From Macrostomum lignano (Eukaryota), in the NCBI GenBank assembly GCA_002269645.1, contig NIVC01003615.1, forward strand, positions 1-64,000: a stretch of DNA of 64,000 bases, given 5' to 3'. This document shows, in pieces, positions 1-12,385 of this stretch; the stretch's first letter is position 1, and each line of letters begins with the position of its first letter. The notes under the pieces are model-generated. The model made no database searches. It had not been told where the DNA came from and saw only the letters and a list, made by a program, of their open reading frames with translations. Made by a program: the position numbers and the translations under genes.

Positions 1-1546
1 TGACATTTTATTACTTTGGCGTACAAAAATGGTGTGTCACGAATGCAGAACAACCGAATAAGTTAAAATGCCCGGTTCTATGAATATTATACTGTTGCTA
101 TATTAACGTACTTTTCAAAACTCAACCAGCAACTACAATTTCTGCACATGCTCAGTAGTAGTATGTACCTGCCTAGTGAAGAAGCACATACGGGCTAATT
201 CTAAGAGTATGATTAATGCTTACTGATCAATAAAACAAATTTACTTTATTTTGTCAAGCTAATTAATATCATAGATATAATATACTATTCTATATACAAC
301 CAAAACGCTCATAAGGAGCAGTTATTCGTTAAACTTCGATTCGAATTCCAATATGATATTAAATGTACTTTTAAACGAATAACCATAAGGAAAATTTTTG
401 CATCATCAAACACCTATGTACATTATTTTCTCTCCGCTGTATAACATGTACAATTTGTACATCAGTTGTGCCATCGGCATCAATCCGTCATGCCCTGCCG
501 GCGCAGTGCGATTTTTTGCTCAAATTGAAGACGGCTTGGTCCTCTCTGCAAAGCAAAAGAAAATGGCACTGTTTCCAGATAGTTGTGAAACTTGTGTCTA
601 GTGAACTGCTTCCTTGCCTTTGCCTTCGTGCGCACTGTACGTACAATTTGCAACAGAATATAGTAACAATTTAGCTTTAGCCTACCCCACAGGCCCACAG
701 TACAACAACACATACATAGCTCGCAACTTCGGCAATACTGAAGCCCACGAAGCCGCTTGTTTTGCATTTGCTCTGTCTTGCGCTGGTCCGTGGATCCGGT
801 TGAAATTGAAATGCAAAAACCGCATAGATTCAGGGCTTTGGGCTGGGCACCTCGAGTCCAGGCTCCAGTGCAAGTGCAACGTACCAGATAGTTGGAAAGT
901 GGAATTGGAACTAAACTGCATGTCCAATGGCGTTTTGGGGGGGTCGGGGGTTGGAAAGTCTCGGCTCCTGCAATGTACAGTGACAATGTACATTAGCCGA
1001 GTAAAAAATTGGAAGCTGTTTGTCCCTTTCTCTCCCCCGCCAGTGCCGCCGGGGCCCAAATCCAAACATTAACCAACCCCACAGTAAATTTAAAGCGTTC
1101 GTTCACCTTGCCCAGTGAAGAGGGTTTGTTTTCCCGCGCCGCTCATTGAACTGGGGGAGGGGGTGGTGTTACCCAAGTTGGGTACCCCATTCCCCTGTAT
1201 AAAACTATTTGCCAAAAAGCTTCCTTTCGTATGCAAGCCGGTCCTCTGCTCTCTTCTGTGTAAATTCTTTTCTGGCGTTATTAAAAACGATTTAATTTGC
1301 ACTAAGGTCGCTTTTAATAGTGAACTCAACAATATTACACTATGGCTGTACAAAGGTTTGCAATCTTGATTGCACTGATGGCCTGCTTTTGCTTTTATGG
1401 TGAGAAAACTGACTTATTCGTTTGAAAAGTCTAAATCTGAAGAGCCCCATGCAAATCCCCATAGTCAATTTTTTGGTTTTTGGCTAGGCTAATTATTAAG
1501 GCGATCCTTAAATTATTGGAATTGTAATTTTATTAATATTTTCCAG

Positions 1547-2059
1547 CTAGCGGCCTGAGGTGCTACATCTGCAATAGCCTGAACGACAAAGCATGTGATG
1601 GCGATAGTCTGGATAAGAAATTCCTCATCAACTGCAGTCTGGGCCGCAACGACGGCAGCGGGCCCAGCGCATTCAAGCCGGTGCCAAACGCCAAAGTCTG
1701 CTGGAAGCAGAGGCAAGACGGTAAGGCCGTGTCCGTGTCGTACACAGAAAAATACAAAATACATTGTGTGTACGACGTGTGTATTGCTAACACTTGCTTT
1801 TTGATTTTTATATAATTGATACTTTTTCTTCAACTTTCCAGTGGAAGGCCGGATCATTGTGGATCGAATGTGCGGCCAAGAGTTGGAGAGCGGCAACGTC
1901 AACACCTGCTACGACCGGGTTGGCACCAAGAAGGTCAAGGTGCGCTACTGCGTCTGCGACAAAGACGAGTGCAACGGTTCGGGCTCGGTCGGCGGCTCTT
2001 CGATCGGAGTTGCGCTGGCTCTGCTTGCAGCCTTCCTGGCCGCGCCTTGGGGCCTCTGA
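1547..2059 (+). CDS. Ly6/uPAR three-finger, quiver/sleepless-like GPI-anchored protein (last two exons; signal-peptide exon not located)
   Basis: Exons 1547-1720 and 1842-2059, joined by a GT-AG intron, read SGLRCYICNSLNDKACD...VCWKQRQD/VEGRIIVDRMC...CYDRVGTKKVKVRYCVCDKDECNGS followed by a hydrophobic tail (IGVALALLAAFLAAPWGL*). The LxCYxC start, CxxDxCN end and GPI-signal-like C-terminus are typical of Ly6/quiver proteins. Confidence 0.85.
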
Positions 2060-3328
2060 GCATGAGCTGCTGCGCTAGCATTGAAGGTTTCAACTTGATT
2101 CTTGAAGCAATTCAAGTCTCCAGTAGTAGTGCACATCAATTCTTAACTACGTTTACGAATTGCAATCTTAGTTTATTGCCTTATTTATATTGTGCTACTA
2201 TTATAGTTTATTACTATACAATTTATACCTTATAGCAATAGCAAGGCTTCTGTTTCATTTTCCAAAATTGTCACATTTGCATCATTTAGCGTGAGAATAC
2301 ATACTAGTGTAATACACAGCTTGATCCTTCTAGTTAAGTTATAAAGCTTTGGCGAATTCTCATCTCATACCCTCCCTAGCCCTGTGCACATCTAGAGCAA
2401 AGTACATTTCCTTATCGCCCACTTGTGTGTACATTAAGGAAACAACCACCCCATTCGCACCCAAAGATAATCAATAAGTACACAACCTTTATCTTAGCTT
2501 AGCAATTCATAACTCCATTCAACTAATTATAGTTAAAAAATATTGAATATAAAAATCTTAGCACTCATTAAGCAGGCCATAAATTGAAAATAAATGTTCC
2601 GTTTTTAACCATTTTAAGTGAATTTGTTCGCTTGCAGAGCAGTGTCTGCATTTAACAGCTTTTGAAAAATGAAATTGAAAAAATAAATTTAATTATCGAA
2701 ATCAACCTCAATGAAACTGAGAGACAATTCGAACTAATGTTTTCTTATATCCCTGCTATAAAATCTTCGGTCATTGGCATTGTGTTTGTTTATTGTACTT
2801 GTACAGATAACATATAAACTGAATTGAGTCATCATTGAAAAAAAACTATATCAGAAGTTTGTAAAATCAAACCAATAGACTAATGCAGTGCAAGCAGATT
2901 ATAACATGTATATAATTAGCCAGTACAGGCAATGCAGATTAATTCACAGCAATTATGCCTAATCGATAAATTATATTGAATCAACAATACTTAGGAATAC
3001 CTTATCTGCAACCCGATATACAATATGTTTGTTAATAAAGCTTAGTTCTGTGTGTGCTTGGTCCAGTCACTAATCAACAGCAATAGGTTTTTACTGTTCA
3101 TACTGTAAGACCATCCATTGCTCTATAATGAAGCCCCTTGTTTTGAATTTTTTGGGTTACTAGTAGTTGTTAAAGCAAAAAAATCTAGTTTCTAAAACAA
3201 ATTTTGCTTAAAGAGTGTCCACGATTTGATAATCTGAATTTCCAGTCTTCATACAGATAGACTTTTTAAAAACGATATGAAAAATAGAGTAGAGGTATAT
3301 AAACATATACAAGGCATTTGAAAGTAAA

Positions 3329-3610
3329 ATGTATCCCCCTTTTGCCCCGGGCGAGTGTCTATGTGACGCATGTTTTCATTTATTTCCCTAGGTGAATAAA
3401 TCATTTATTTCCCGCTGCCCCGCGGGCTGATAAATTCGAGACAACAACCATAGACAACGAACGGGGGATACATATCATATTCCCCACTCATTTAGCTGTC
3501 TAGGGCCAAAAGCACTCGGTGTCTCGATCATTGACCTCGGCTTCGCCTCGGTCAATAAACGAGACACCTCTTGCTTTTGCCCGCTAGACAACAAAATAAA
3601 TGGGGAATAT
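3329..3610. repeat. Two adjacent long imperfect inverted repeats (palindromic non-autonomous element-like)
   Basis: ATGTATCCCCC (3329) pairs with GGGGGATACAT (3473), with inner TGTCTATG/CATAGACA arms. ATATTCCCCA (3477) pairs with TGGGGAATAT (3610), with nested TGTCTAG/CTAGACA, CAAAAGCA/TGCTTTTG, GGTGTCTCG/CGAGACACC and TTGACC/GGTCAA around a GGCTTCGCC loop. Confidence 0.7.
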
Positions 3611-4232
3611 ATACCATTTATTCATAGGAAGACTTCTAAGTGAATTATTGATTCGCAGCCACTTGGCAAGTTTGTTATTTTGAAGCTTCACTATGAGATA
3701 AATAAATCCTATTTATCACGGAAGAGACATTCAGGCAAATGGCTGCGCACATTGCACAAAATTTAAAATAGCCGCTCTTAAGAAATGAAGAAATCAAACT
3801 TTAAATAATTAGCTATATATACTCCTTTGAGAACAAGGGAAAATATCACTTCTACAAAAAAGATGTATAAAACATACTGGCCCTGATACTGCAGGATTAA
3901 CATGTTTGGAGTCATTGGGAAAGTCTCTTGGATCATGCACAGGCATAAAACGTGGTTCATCATTTTCTGTTGACAATCTGAACTACGGCCACTTATACCT
4001 GGACAATGCTTAATTTAGCAGTTTACTTCACTATGTGATTCATATTTCACCTGGTTACTGAAGGGACTGCCATCTACTGACGGTACACGTATTGATTACT
4101 TGCTCAAAAGTTAACACACCGCTAGATCGAATAATTATTAAAGACGCCAACTCAGTCAACATGAGAAGATTTTAAAAATTGTTCTGTGCCATTCTCCCGC
4201 GTATCCACCACCAGTGAGCTGATGACGAGAGT

Positions 4233-7200
4233 CTAACTGGTCTGGAGGCTGGCGGCGGCCTGGGCAGAAAGTTGCATCAGGCACCTGGACAGGTACTCAA
4301 TGGGATCGCTGGGTCGCTTGTTGGCCACCTCCGTCAGGGCTGTCGTCAGGATGTCGTCTGGAGTGCCGGCACAATTTGCGATCAATAATGATTTTGGGTG
4401 TTTGCAGGGTGCGTATGGCGTCGGGTTTTGGTATATATGAATATTAATACCAGCATAAGAAAACATGTATTTATTTTGATAGCTAGAGCATCTCGGCTAG
4501 CATGGACATCCTCAGAACAAAGTTTATTTAAAAATTTTCTCACCATTGCTGACGTTAAACTTCATAAACTTCAATTGTTAAGCGAGCTACGCTATCGGTA
4601 TAAGGCTTTCAAGTCAAGGATTTTAAAATACAGTCAAATTAATTAGTTTTTGCCTACAAATGTCCCTACGAGCTATGCATTTGGTTCGATTGTGCAGGTT
4701 GAAGTTCTTGTATAGCTAGCTCTGATATACGACGTACATGTGCAGTATAAGACAAAATGCAAATAGGACTCACTGAGTCGCCGTAGGTAGTCGGCATCGG
4801 TTGCGGTGGCGGCTTCACCGTCCGCAAGCTTGGCCGTGCCTACTGACTGGTCAGCAGTCAGCCGGGCCAGCTTGTCCTTTGCCGACGCGGATCCTGGCGG
4901 GATGCGGTACAGCTGGACCGGGTGGTAGCGCAGCAGGATGGCCATGTACTTGGCCGACGGCACCAGCAGCATGAAGGGCTCAGTCTCGAACAGATAATTG
5001 AACACCTGCTGGCCGTCCGCTACCCGATAGGCCTGTAAAATATTTTTGTGCAGCTGAAGGCTAGGCTGAACGCGAATCATTTGGCAATACAACTTTTACC
5101 ATGTCTATACGATGAGGGCCAACCCCAAGGCACCCAGAGTGTACAGGCCTGACGATTAGAAAGTCTGGGTCGCTGTACACCCTGAGTGTGTACGAGTGCG
5201 TGCCTGTGTACAGTACTGGCGCGCTTGTGTGCGCTCAGGTAAGCGGAATGGGCAGTAGAATTGCCTCACCGCTGCTTGTAGGACGATGTCGCCGAAGGCT
5301 TTGCGCAAGGGTGCCCGCAATCCTCCAGCGAATATTTATTTATTTTAATGTAGAGCAGACTTACGGTTGAGGTTTCTTAATGTAAATCATTTCAATAGCA
5401 TATTATTACGATTGGCTTTCCAAATCGATAACCCGGATCCAAATTCGATTGCTTCAGCGAAAAAAACTCAGCGTACCTGCACAGTTTTTGGTGGGTCAAC
5501 AAACTCGTCCAGGCCGGAATTGTCCCCGGATGTGATTTTGATCCTGCGAGCTGGCTTGTACAGCTTGCCCACCAGCAGCTCGCTGTCCGGACTCAGCACC
5601 ATCTCATACAGGATGATGGATTGGTCCGGCTTCAGATCTTTGACAAGCAGGCCCGTTTCAATGTTGAAGATCTTCAACCGATAGGTGACGCAGTGCATAC
5701 CATCGGGCAGAAGATAGAGCACCCCGGCGTCGAATGTTCGACTAAGCGACAGAGTTCTTGTAGCTGGACGCATCGACCACCATGAGGCGTCCCGGCCAGG
5801 CCATGCAGTTGCGCCGAAGGCCTCGCGGTAAGTGTTCACTGAGCCGCTCATGAGCTGCAGCACCAGTTGTCCCGGCCTGCCAGGTCGCATATGAAGCAGC
5901 CGCGGCCTGCAGGTGTGCGAGCTCTCGATGACGACGCTGATGGACAAGTCGACGTCCAGCTCGTGGAGCAGCGACTCCGCCGAATGTCCTCACCCAGGTA
6001 GGACTCGAGTTCGCGCAGGATCGCACCGTTCGACATGTGAAAAGCAACTGAAGCGCGGCAGCGGGCTGTCAGTGTTTCGATGAACTGCTGCAGTATTGGC
6101 AAGTACTGATGAACCTTTTCTTTGCCGCTATTCACCAGGTACTGACACACCTGCCTGGCCTCTGCGAAAACCTGCGCAATAAAATACTTGCGAGTAATCA
6201 TGGAACTTAAAAAACGATGGTTCGGACTACCTTGTAGTTTCACAGAACTTTTACACCTATTTGTAGCAGTTTGCCACTGATCTAAGTTGGATCGAAGCTC
6301 TTAAACAGGGGCACCTAAGACCATATGGACGCCCCTAAATTTGCTGCATTGCAAAAAAATGCACTTTTCTCTCTTACCTGCAATGCGACCTCGCGCCGCG
6401 CCTGGCCAACAAACTCATCTCCAACAGTTGGTACAGGCCACGTTTTAATCCGCTGGACCTTCCGACCTGGCAGATCCAGGCAGAGTAGATAGTCCGACAG
6501 GTCAGGTGACTCGGTTGACCGTCCGTCAAGCACGTCAGAAAGGCGGGGTGCCTGCAAATTGCCGGGGCCTCGAACCAGAAGGTGCATTCGCGGTCCGTCT
6601 ATTGCGGCGCTGACCGAAGGCGGTGTGGCCGGTAGCCAAGGCTGGTCACAGCCGTGCATGAAGTAGCCGACAGGGAAGGGGCGCACAGCAGGATGCGAGA
6701 CAATGGCAAGGTGCAAGTCAGGATTCCCTAACAGATCCCTCAGGGTGCGCATTGAGCGACTGCGATCCTTTTCAGGTGGCAACTGCAGCGACTCCGGCAC
6801 CTCAAAGCTGACGGGCGCCGTCGGTTGGGAAGCCAGGCGCATGACAAAAAGAAGATAGCGCGGAAGCAGTCGCAAAAACAGGCCGTGCTGCTGCAGATCC
6901 GGGAAGTTGCACAGCTGGTTGAGCTTAGAGTTCCAGGCCTCCTTAAATCGCGACATTGCGGCTAAAACTTCGGCATCATATCCATCAACTTTGCCGTCCG
7001 GAAGAGGCTCGCGGAGCTTGGCATCTCTAGCGCCTGTGCCACCAAGGTCGGTGCAGTACATAACGCCTCCTTGAAGCCGCTTGTCGAAGTAGCCACTCCA
7101 CAATGCCTGCTCGCGTGGGTCGAAAACAAAATCTGCTCGCCTCTCCTCTTTCTTTGTCACGAAATTGCTTTCGAATTCGGACAGCTGGCCGGCCAGCTTG

Positions 7201-10200
7201 TTGAGGTTGAAAACCTTCAGCTGGACAGTAGACGCGTTGGCGCCGGCCTCTGGCATTGTGTTAATCACTAGATAGTCCGTGCCGTATGGCTGTCCCAGCA
7301 TGATGTAGTCCGAAACGCCTCGCAAAGCCAGCAGAAAGCTGCCATCCTTGGCAGACCAGACGTTAAACGTAAAGTAGGCCTTGGCCTTCACCAGCAGCAG
7401 CGAGCCATCGTCGCTAATGTGCACCGGGCAATTCAGCACCGTGTGAATCTCTGCGTTTGTATCCAGTTCGTAAGACTTGTCCAGCACGCGATGATAAGCG
7501 ACTGGAACCGTCTGTGGAAAATTATAATTTTATATGTTTTCAAATTTGTAAATACGCTTCTCAGTTAGCAATTAAACTCACCCGCGCAGCCTCCGGATAC
7601 CACAAGAATCCAACACAGTCACCGAGCGGCTCCGACAGCATGACAACAGCAACAGAAGCCGTCCTCGATAGGCTAGTCATGAACGGCTTGTTGACGGCCG
7701 CCTCCAACTCCAGCTCGTGTCGAGCTCGACGCTCAACCTTGGGATCCAGATCAAATAGGTAGAAAGTGAACAGCGCACCTCCTGGACTCAAGGTCACCAA
7801 GAAGAGGCACTCTCCATCGTCAAAGAAACTGGTGTTCTCGCTGGTCAGCTCGTGGGCCGCCAGACCTTGCCCGGAGCAATCTAGTTCGGTTTCTTCGAAT
7901 GTGTCCAGGTCCACCACCCTTGGCGTCAGTGGTTCGTCCGAAGTTTCTTCGCCCTCCGAGATGCGGTGGCCTATGTAGAACAGGCACCGATCATTGATGA
8001 GGCTTTGCCCCAGCTGCATCGGCCAGGAGCGGAACAGGAAGTGGCGAAGCGGCTCCGATTTTAGCAAGCAATACGTGATTGGCATGGTGGCGTAGAAAGT
8101 CTTTGCAAAGATCATGTGCCCCTCGGTGGCTTCCAAGCAGCCGCTGCCCGACTTGGCGAAGTACTGCAGCGGCAGCGAATCAGGCAGGCTAGGCATGAGA
8201 ACCTTCCAGGCACCGGTGCGCATGTTTGCCCGCAACAGCTGGAACTGCCCGGGCGCACCTCCTCGACTGTGCAGAAGCAGCCGCTTGTGGGCAGAACAGC
8301 CACGAATCGAATGTGCGATGCTGCAGGCCGCTCGGAAATCACAGTCTTTAGCTCGGACCCCTCATGGTCGTACCAAGTGACGGTGTTGTTTTGCAGAGAC
8401 ACTGCGTATATCTTGCCATCTTCACACAGGTTGCCAATGGACAGGCGTACCTTCAGAATGAATTAAGTTGACAAGTTACATAGCCAGCGAGGTTTTCCCT
8501 CAAATGATATCTACGTGCGCCTTAAGATAGTGACGGCCTGACTTACCTGCACAGTGCAGTGCGTGTATCCACTACCAGTGTCCAGGCAATTATTAACAGG
8601 CAGTAGCAGGGGACTGTCCTTCTTGCACGCCTCAAGCAGGTCGCTAATGCGTCTGGATCTGGCAGCGAATGGCTGCAAGCGGCCGCAGAGGTCCACAGGC
8701 AAACTCAGCGGACTGTGGCTCAGGCTGTACGCTGAGATGCGCAACGCGTTGTAGATCCGAGTGAGGTCGAGCTCATTCTGTTCACTGCCGCGCTCCTTCT
8801 TCTTGAGGTCGAAAAACAGATGCAAGTCCATTAGCAGCTGATGGCGCCGGCTGGAGGCCAACTTGGACTGCAGATGATCCAGGTTAAAGGCAACGTGCTC
8901 GAGAAAGTCCACAACTCGGCCACTTCTGATGAAGTGCCTCGGTAGCTGGTTGATGCGGCGCAGGTTGTAGTACGGCTTGTCACTCTCGACTCGAAGAACA
9001 AACGGCTGCGCTGGGACCTGCCTATCTGCGGCCATTGGCACGGGTAGGCCCTGTAGTAAAGAAATAGTTCGTCTTTACTAATTCTGTCTCACTATAAATA
9101 AACACAAAAATATTTTTGAGAATGTTTCCTACTCTGGTGATACTACGAGTAGTACTTTCGTACGGGCGTATTCTAAGTTATTTCTAGTCTAGTTATAGCT
9201 AAAATAAAGCTTTTGCATTACAAGTGAAACAAAGTTTAACATCGAAAAAGCTGAAAATTAACGAGGATTGACACAGCGCTCACATCTCGCTCCAATTTGG
9301 CCTTGACCCTTTCCGGACATTCAAACGGCTTCTCCCGACCGGCGGCCCACTCTCCAAAAAAGTAGTCGGCCATTCGCGAATGAATAATCCTGTTGTGCTC
9401 TGGATCGCTGAGGTAGAGCTTTTGAGCCACCTCCCAGAATTGTCTGTGGTACCAGAATAGCACAGTGACACCGTCGGCTTCGCGCTCAACCAGGTAGTCG
9501 TCGATCTGTTGTCGAATGCGGGTCCAAGCCAACGGTGGCACGCGAATGAACGGCGGCAAGTGGTGCGTGAACACCTCTCGCAGGACGTCGTCATCTAGCG
9601 ACAGGAGGTCCTCAATCTCTGCCTCGCTCAGACCGGTTCGGGATGCTGTCACGTAGGATAGCGCGTTTCGTACAAGCACCTCGCCGTAACGAGTGCCAAG
9701 TTGGCTAAGCAACAGCCGAATCGCTCCTTCAACAGTCGGTTCCAGCATTTTTGTCTAGCGGGGTGTACGAACTCCATCGTCGCGCCTGACGGAACACCAG
9801 GCCAATGTAGATAGGCAAAGAGCAGCTTGCAAATGCCGTTCGAAGCGCGTCCCACTGAGGCTCCGTAAGACGGCGCTTTGACTTTTCCAGCCGCGCCCTG
9901 GTGATTTCCTCGCACAATGCTGGCTCCAGCGGTGGAACATCCATTACTCGGTCCGGTAGCAGCTGAAGAAAATTCTCCCTAATACCGTGCAGAGTTGGCA
10001 GGCAGCTTAGTAGCATCTTGCAGCCTGGAGGCAGCTCGGACCTGAGCCAAGTGAGCTGGTAGGCGTAGTCGGAAGCATCAAGTTGATCGAGGGAGTCCAG
10101 CACAATGATAACACGGCGCGATTTTCCCAGCTGTTGCAGAAAATCGTAAAACGTGCTGACCAGCTCTTGGAAGCTGTCCATTCCTGCAACTTGCTGTGCC

Positions 10201-12385
10201 TCTGTAGAGCCAAGGAACACTGCTAACTGCTGACACAATTGCTTCACAGTCTGACGAATGCTGCTTGTGGAGGGACTGGTTCCCAAGAAGCGCAGCAATA
10301 GTAGAGCCGACGGCTGGTTATCCGGCGGTAGCCAAGAGCGAGACTCTTGGCAGCCTTGGCCATGATGGAGGTCTTGCCGCAGCCGGAGCTGCCGCACAGC
10401 AGCAGCGGCTGCCTGGAGTCGCCCGTTATGTAGTCGCGCAGCTGGTCAAGAAACTCCTTCCTGCCCTGAAAGTTGGTCACGTAGCGAACGCAGTGATGCG
10501 CGTGCTGCAAAACCTCGGCGTACAACGGGTCCGCTTGCAGCTCCGACCTGCGCTGTCTGAATGTGTCTACGAGACGCCGGACCTGCGGGTGGGTTTTGGT
10601 AGGCTTTCATTGTTTATGGGATTAGAATGCCACAAGTTTATATTACTGGATAAGTAGATCAAACCCTCTTCTAACCGTTGAATCGTCAGCATATTTTCTC
10701 GGAATCCCCTATGGGAGCTATAGAGATCGAGATAGAGATAGAGAAATAGAGATCGGTAGAGAAATTTGATTCAGCAACTAATCAAAGCCAAGTGTTTTAC
10801 AGTCAGTACGATTTTGACTCATAACCATACACAAGCAAGGAATCGACTCATACCTGCATCTCAAAGTCCTTAACTACGCTGTCCAGGTAATCAGCATGAA
10901 CCTCGGGGCTGATACCTTTTGGAGGCTGCCATGTCAAAGAGTATTCCGTGACGCCTTTAGGCAGCAGGTCCCGCAGTCGCGATCGCAGTCCGTCCAACGC
11001 CTCGCTGCCTCGGGATCGGCGAATCTTTGCGCCGCTTTGTCGCCCTCGTCGAGACGCTGCTGAATGTCAGTTATGTCGCGGAAGATGGCAAAGGCAAATG
11101 GCTTCAGCTCAGGATGGGCGTCCAGCACGCCATTTGAATCTCTTGGTGCGTAATTGACGTACAGAACCGGATAGCCCTGGCCGACGTCATTGAGCCTTTT
11201 GCAACCGCCGCATTTGCAGCGACCTCCAGCGCCTTCTGCAGCGCGGGACCATCGTGCGCCAATCGGTCTGTTCGGCCTCGGACTCCAGTGGGCGCAGATT
11301 GTACACGGCGGCCGGCCGTTCTCATCGCGCAAGTACCATCGATGCAGCAGGGCCAAGTCATCCGGCCTGTCGGACATGGCAGCCTCGAGTATGCCGGCCT
11401 CCTCCTCGGTGAGCCGGTTGGGCGCCTCTTTCCGCCGTAGCGATGGCTCAGGATTGTCTATGGGGATCCCGGGGGTGTATTTTGCATCTGTTGCGCTAGT
11501 GCTAGCGCTAATCTAGACCATAGCTATTCCTTAAATTGGTCGCTCGGCCATTAGAGGGCAAAAAATCGAAAATAAAAACTGTTGCGTTCGCAGTTAGGAA
11601 ATCATGAAATATCTGAGTGGACGGCAGGTACGAGCTATTAGACGTTTAAATTCGAACTCAACTTCGAGTACAAAGGCTGCATGGTTCGCACTTAGGAATT
11701 TCAGATGTATTGATACAACCTCGAAAATATGGAGCTATGCTAATCCTCACCATAAAATGCGGCCCACTAGAGAGGCGCTGACAGTTGAGAATCTCGTTGA
11801 AGCACATCTCCGAGGCCTTGTGATCGGAGGACGCCGCGTCCTGGATGCCCCAGCGCATGTCCACGATCTGAAAGAATCCGTGGTCAAATTATTCTGCTTT
11901 GACTGTTTCAATAGGGAAAAAATAAATTCTTATGATTTCAATTACGCTTTTACCTGGAATTCTAGGCCATACTGATCACGGTAGAACTCCTTCATCTTGG
12001 AGTAAACAGTCTTCATCAGCGCGTTCCGTTCAACCGCCATGTCTGAAGAAAAGTTAAGAATGCGCTTTGGTCTTGGGTGCTCAACAGCTTCTGAATTCTG
12101 CCTGTGTAGATACATGATTACCCTCTCTACTCTGCCATTGTAGATTTAATCACCTGAGAAAGTAGAGCTAATGAAAATTCTAATCGATTTTGTGTCCTTC
12201 TTTGGCAGCTCATCCAAGTTGCCGCACAGCAAGCGCCGATAGAGATTCTCCCTGCTCTGCTCCTCGCTGATGAACATGGGCGCCATGACCGCCGCGGCTT
12301 TAAATCGGCGAGCCGGATTGCCATTAGGAGAACGCAGTTGAGGCGCCTTGGGGTTCGTTTTTGGAGGTCTCGCTAACCGCTTCAT
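4233..12385 (-). CDS. NACHT and WD40 repeat protein (NWD1/NWD2/TEP1-like: DUF4062-type N-terminus, NACHT, WD40-like region, C-terminal DPY-30-like motif), about 2000 aa, with multiple frameshifts in this sequence
   Basis: Inferred exons: 12385-12154, 12042-11954, 11867-11751, 11457-10854, 10582-9284, 9050-8547, 8450-7582, 7511-6315, 6230-5477, 5032-4774 and 4357-4233, with canonical GT-AG boundaries (the 6315 donor assumes a 1-nt indel). Motifs include IRIFISSTFSDMAVERNALM...IVDMRWGI (NWD/TEP1 N-terminus), Walker A GSSGCGKTS, Walker B IIVLDSLDQL, ASRTGLSEAEIEDLLSLDDDVL, LAWTRIR and WYHRQF. The WD40 assignment of the C-terminal half rests on family architecture and beta-rich composition. Confidence 0.85.

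Noticed and set aside
480-1369. Overlapping 87-168-aa ORFs on both strands upstream of the Ly6 exons
   Set aside because: There are no recognisable domains or consistent splice signals. A hydrophobic stretch near 740-800 might be the missing signal-peptide exon but has no in-frame ATG.
9729-11457. Programmed ribosomal frameshifting as an explanation for the NWD frame jumps
   Set aside because: There are too many shifts, in both directions, and no slippery heptamer with a downstream structure. Indel error or decay is simpler.
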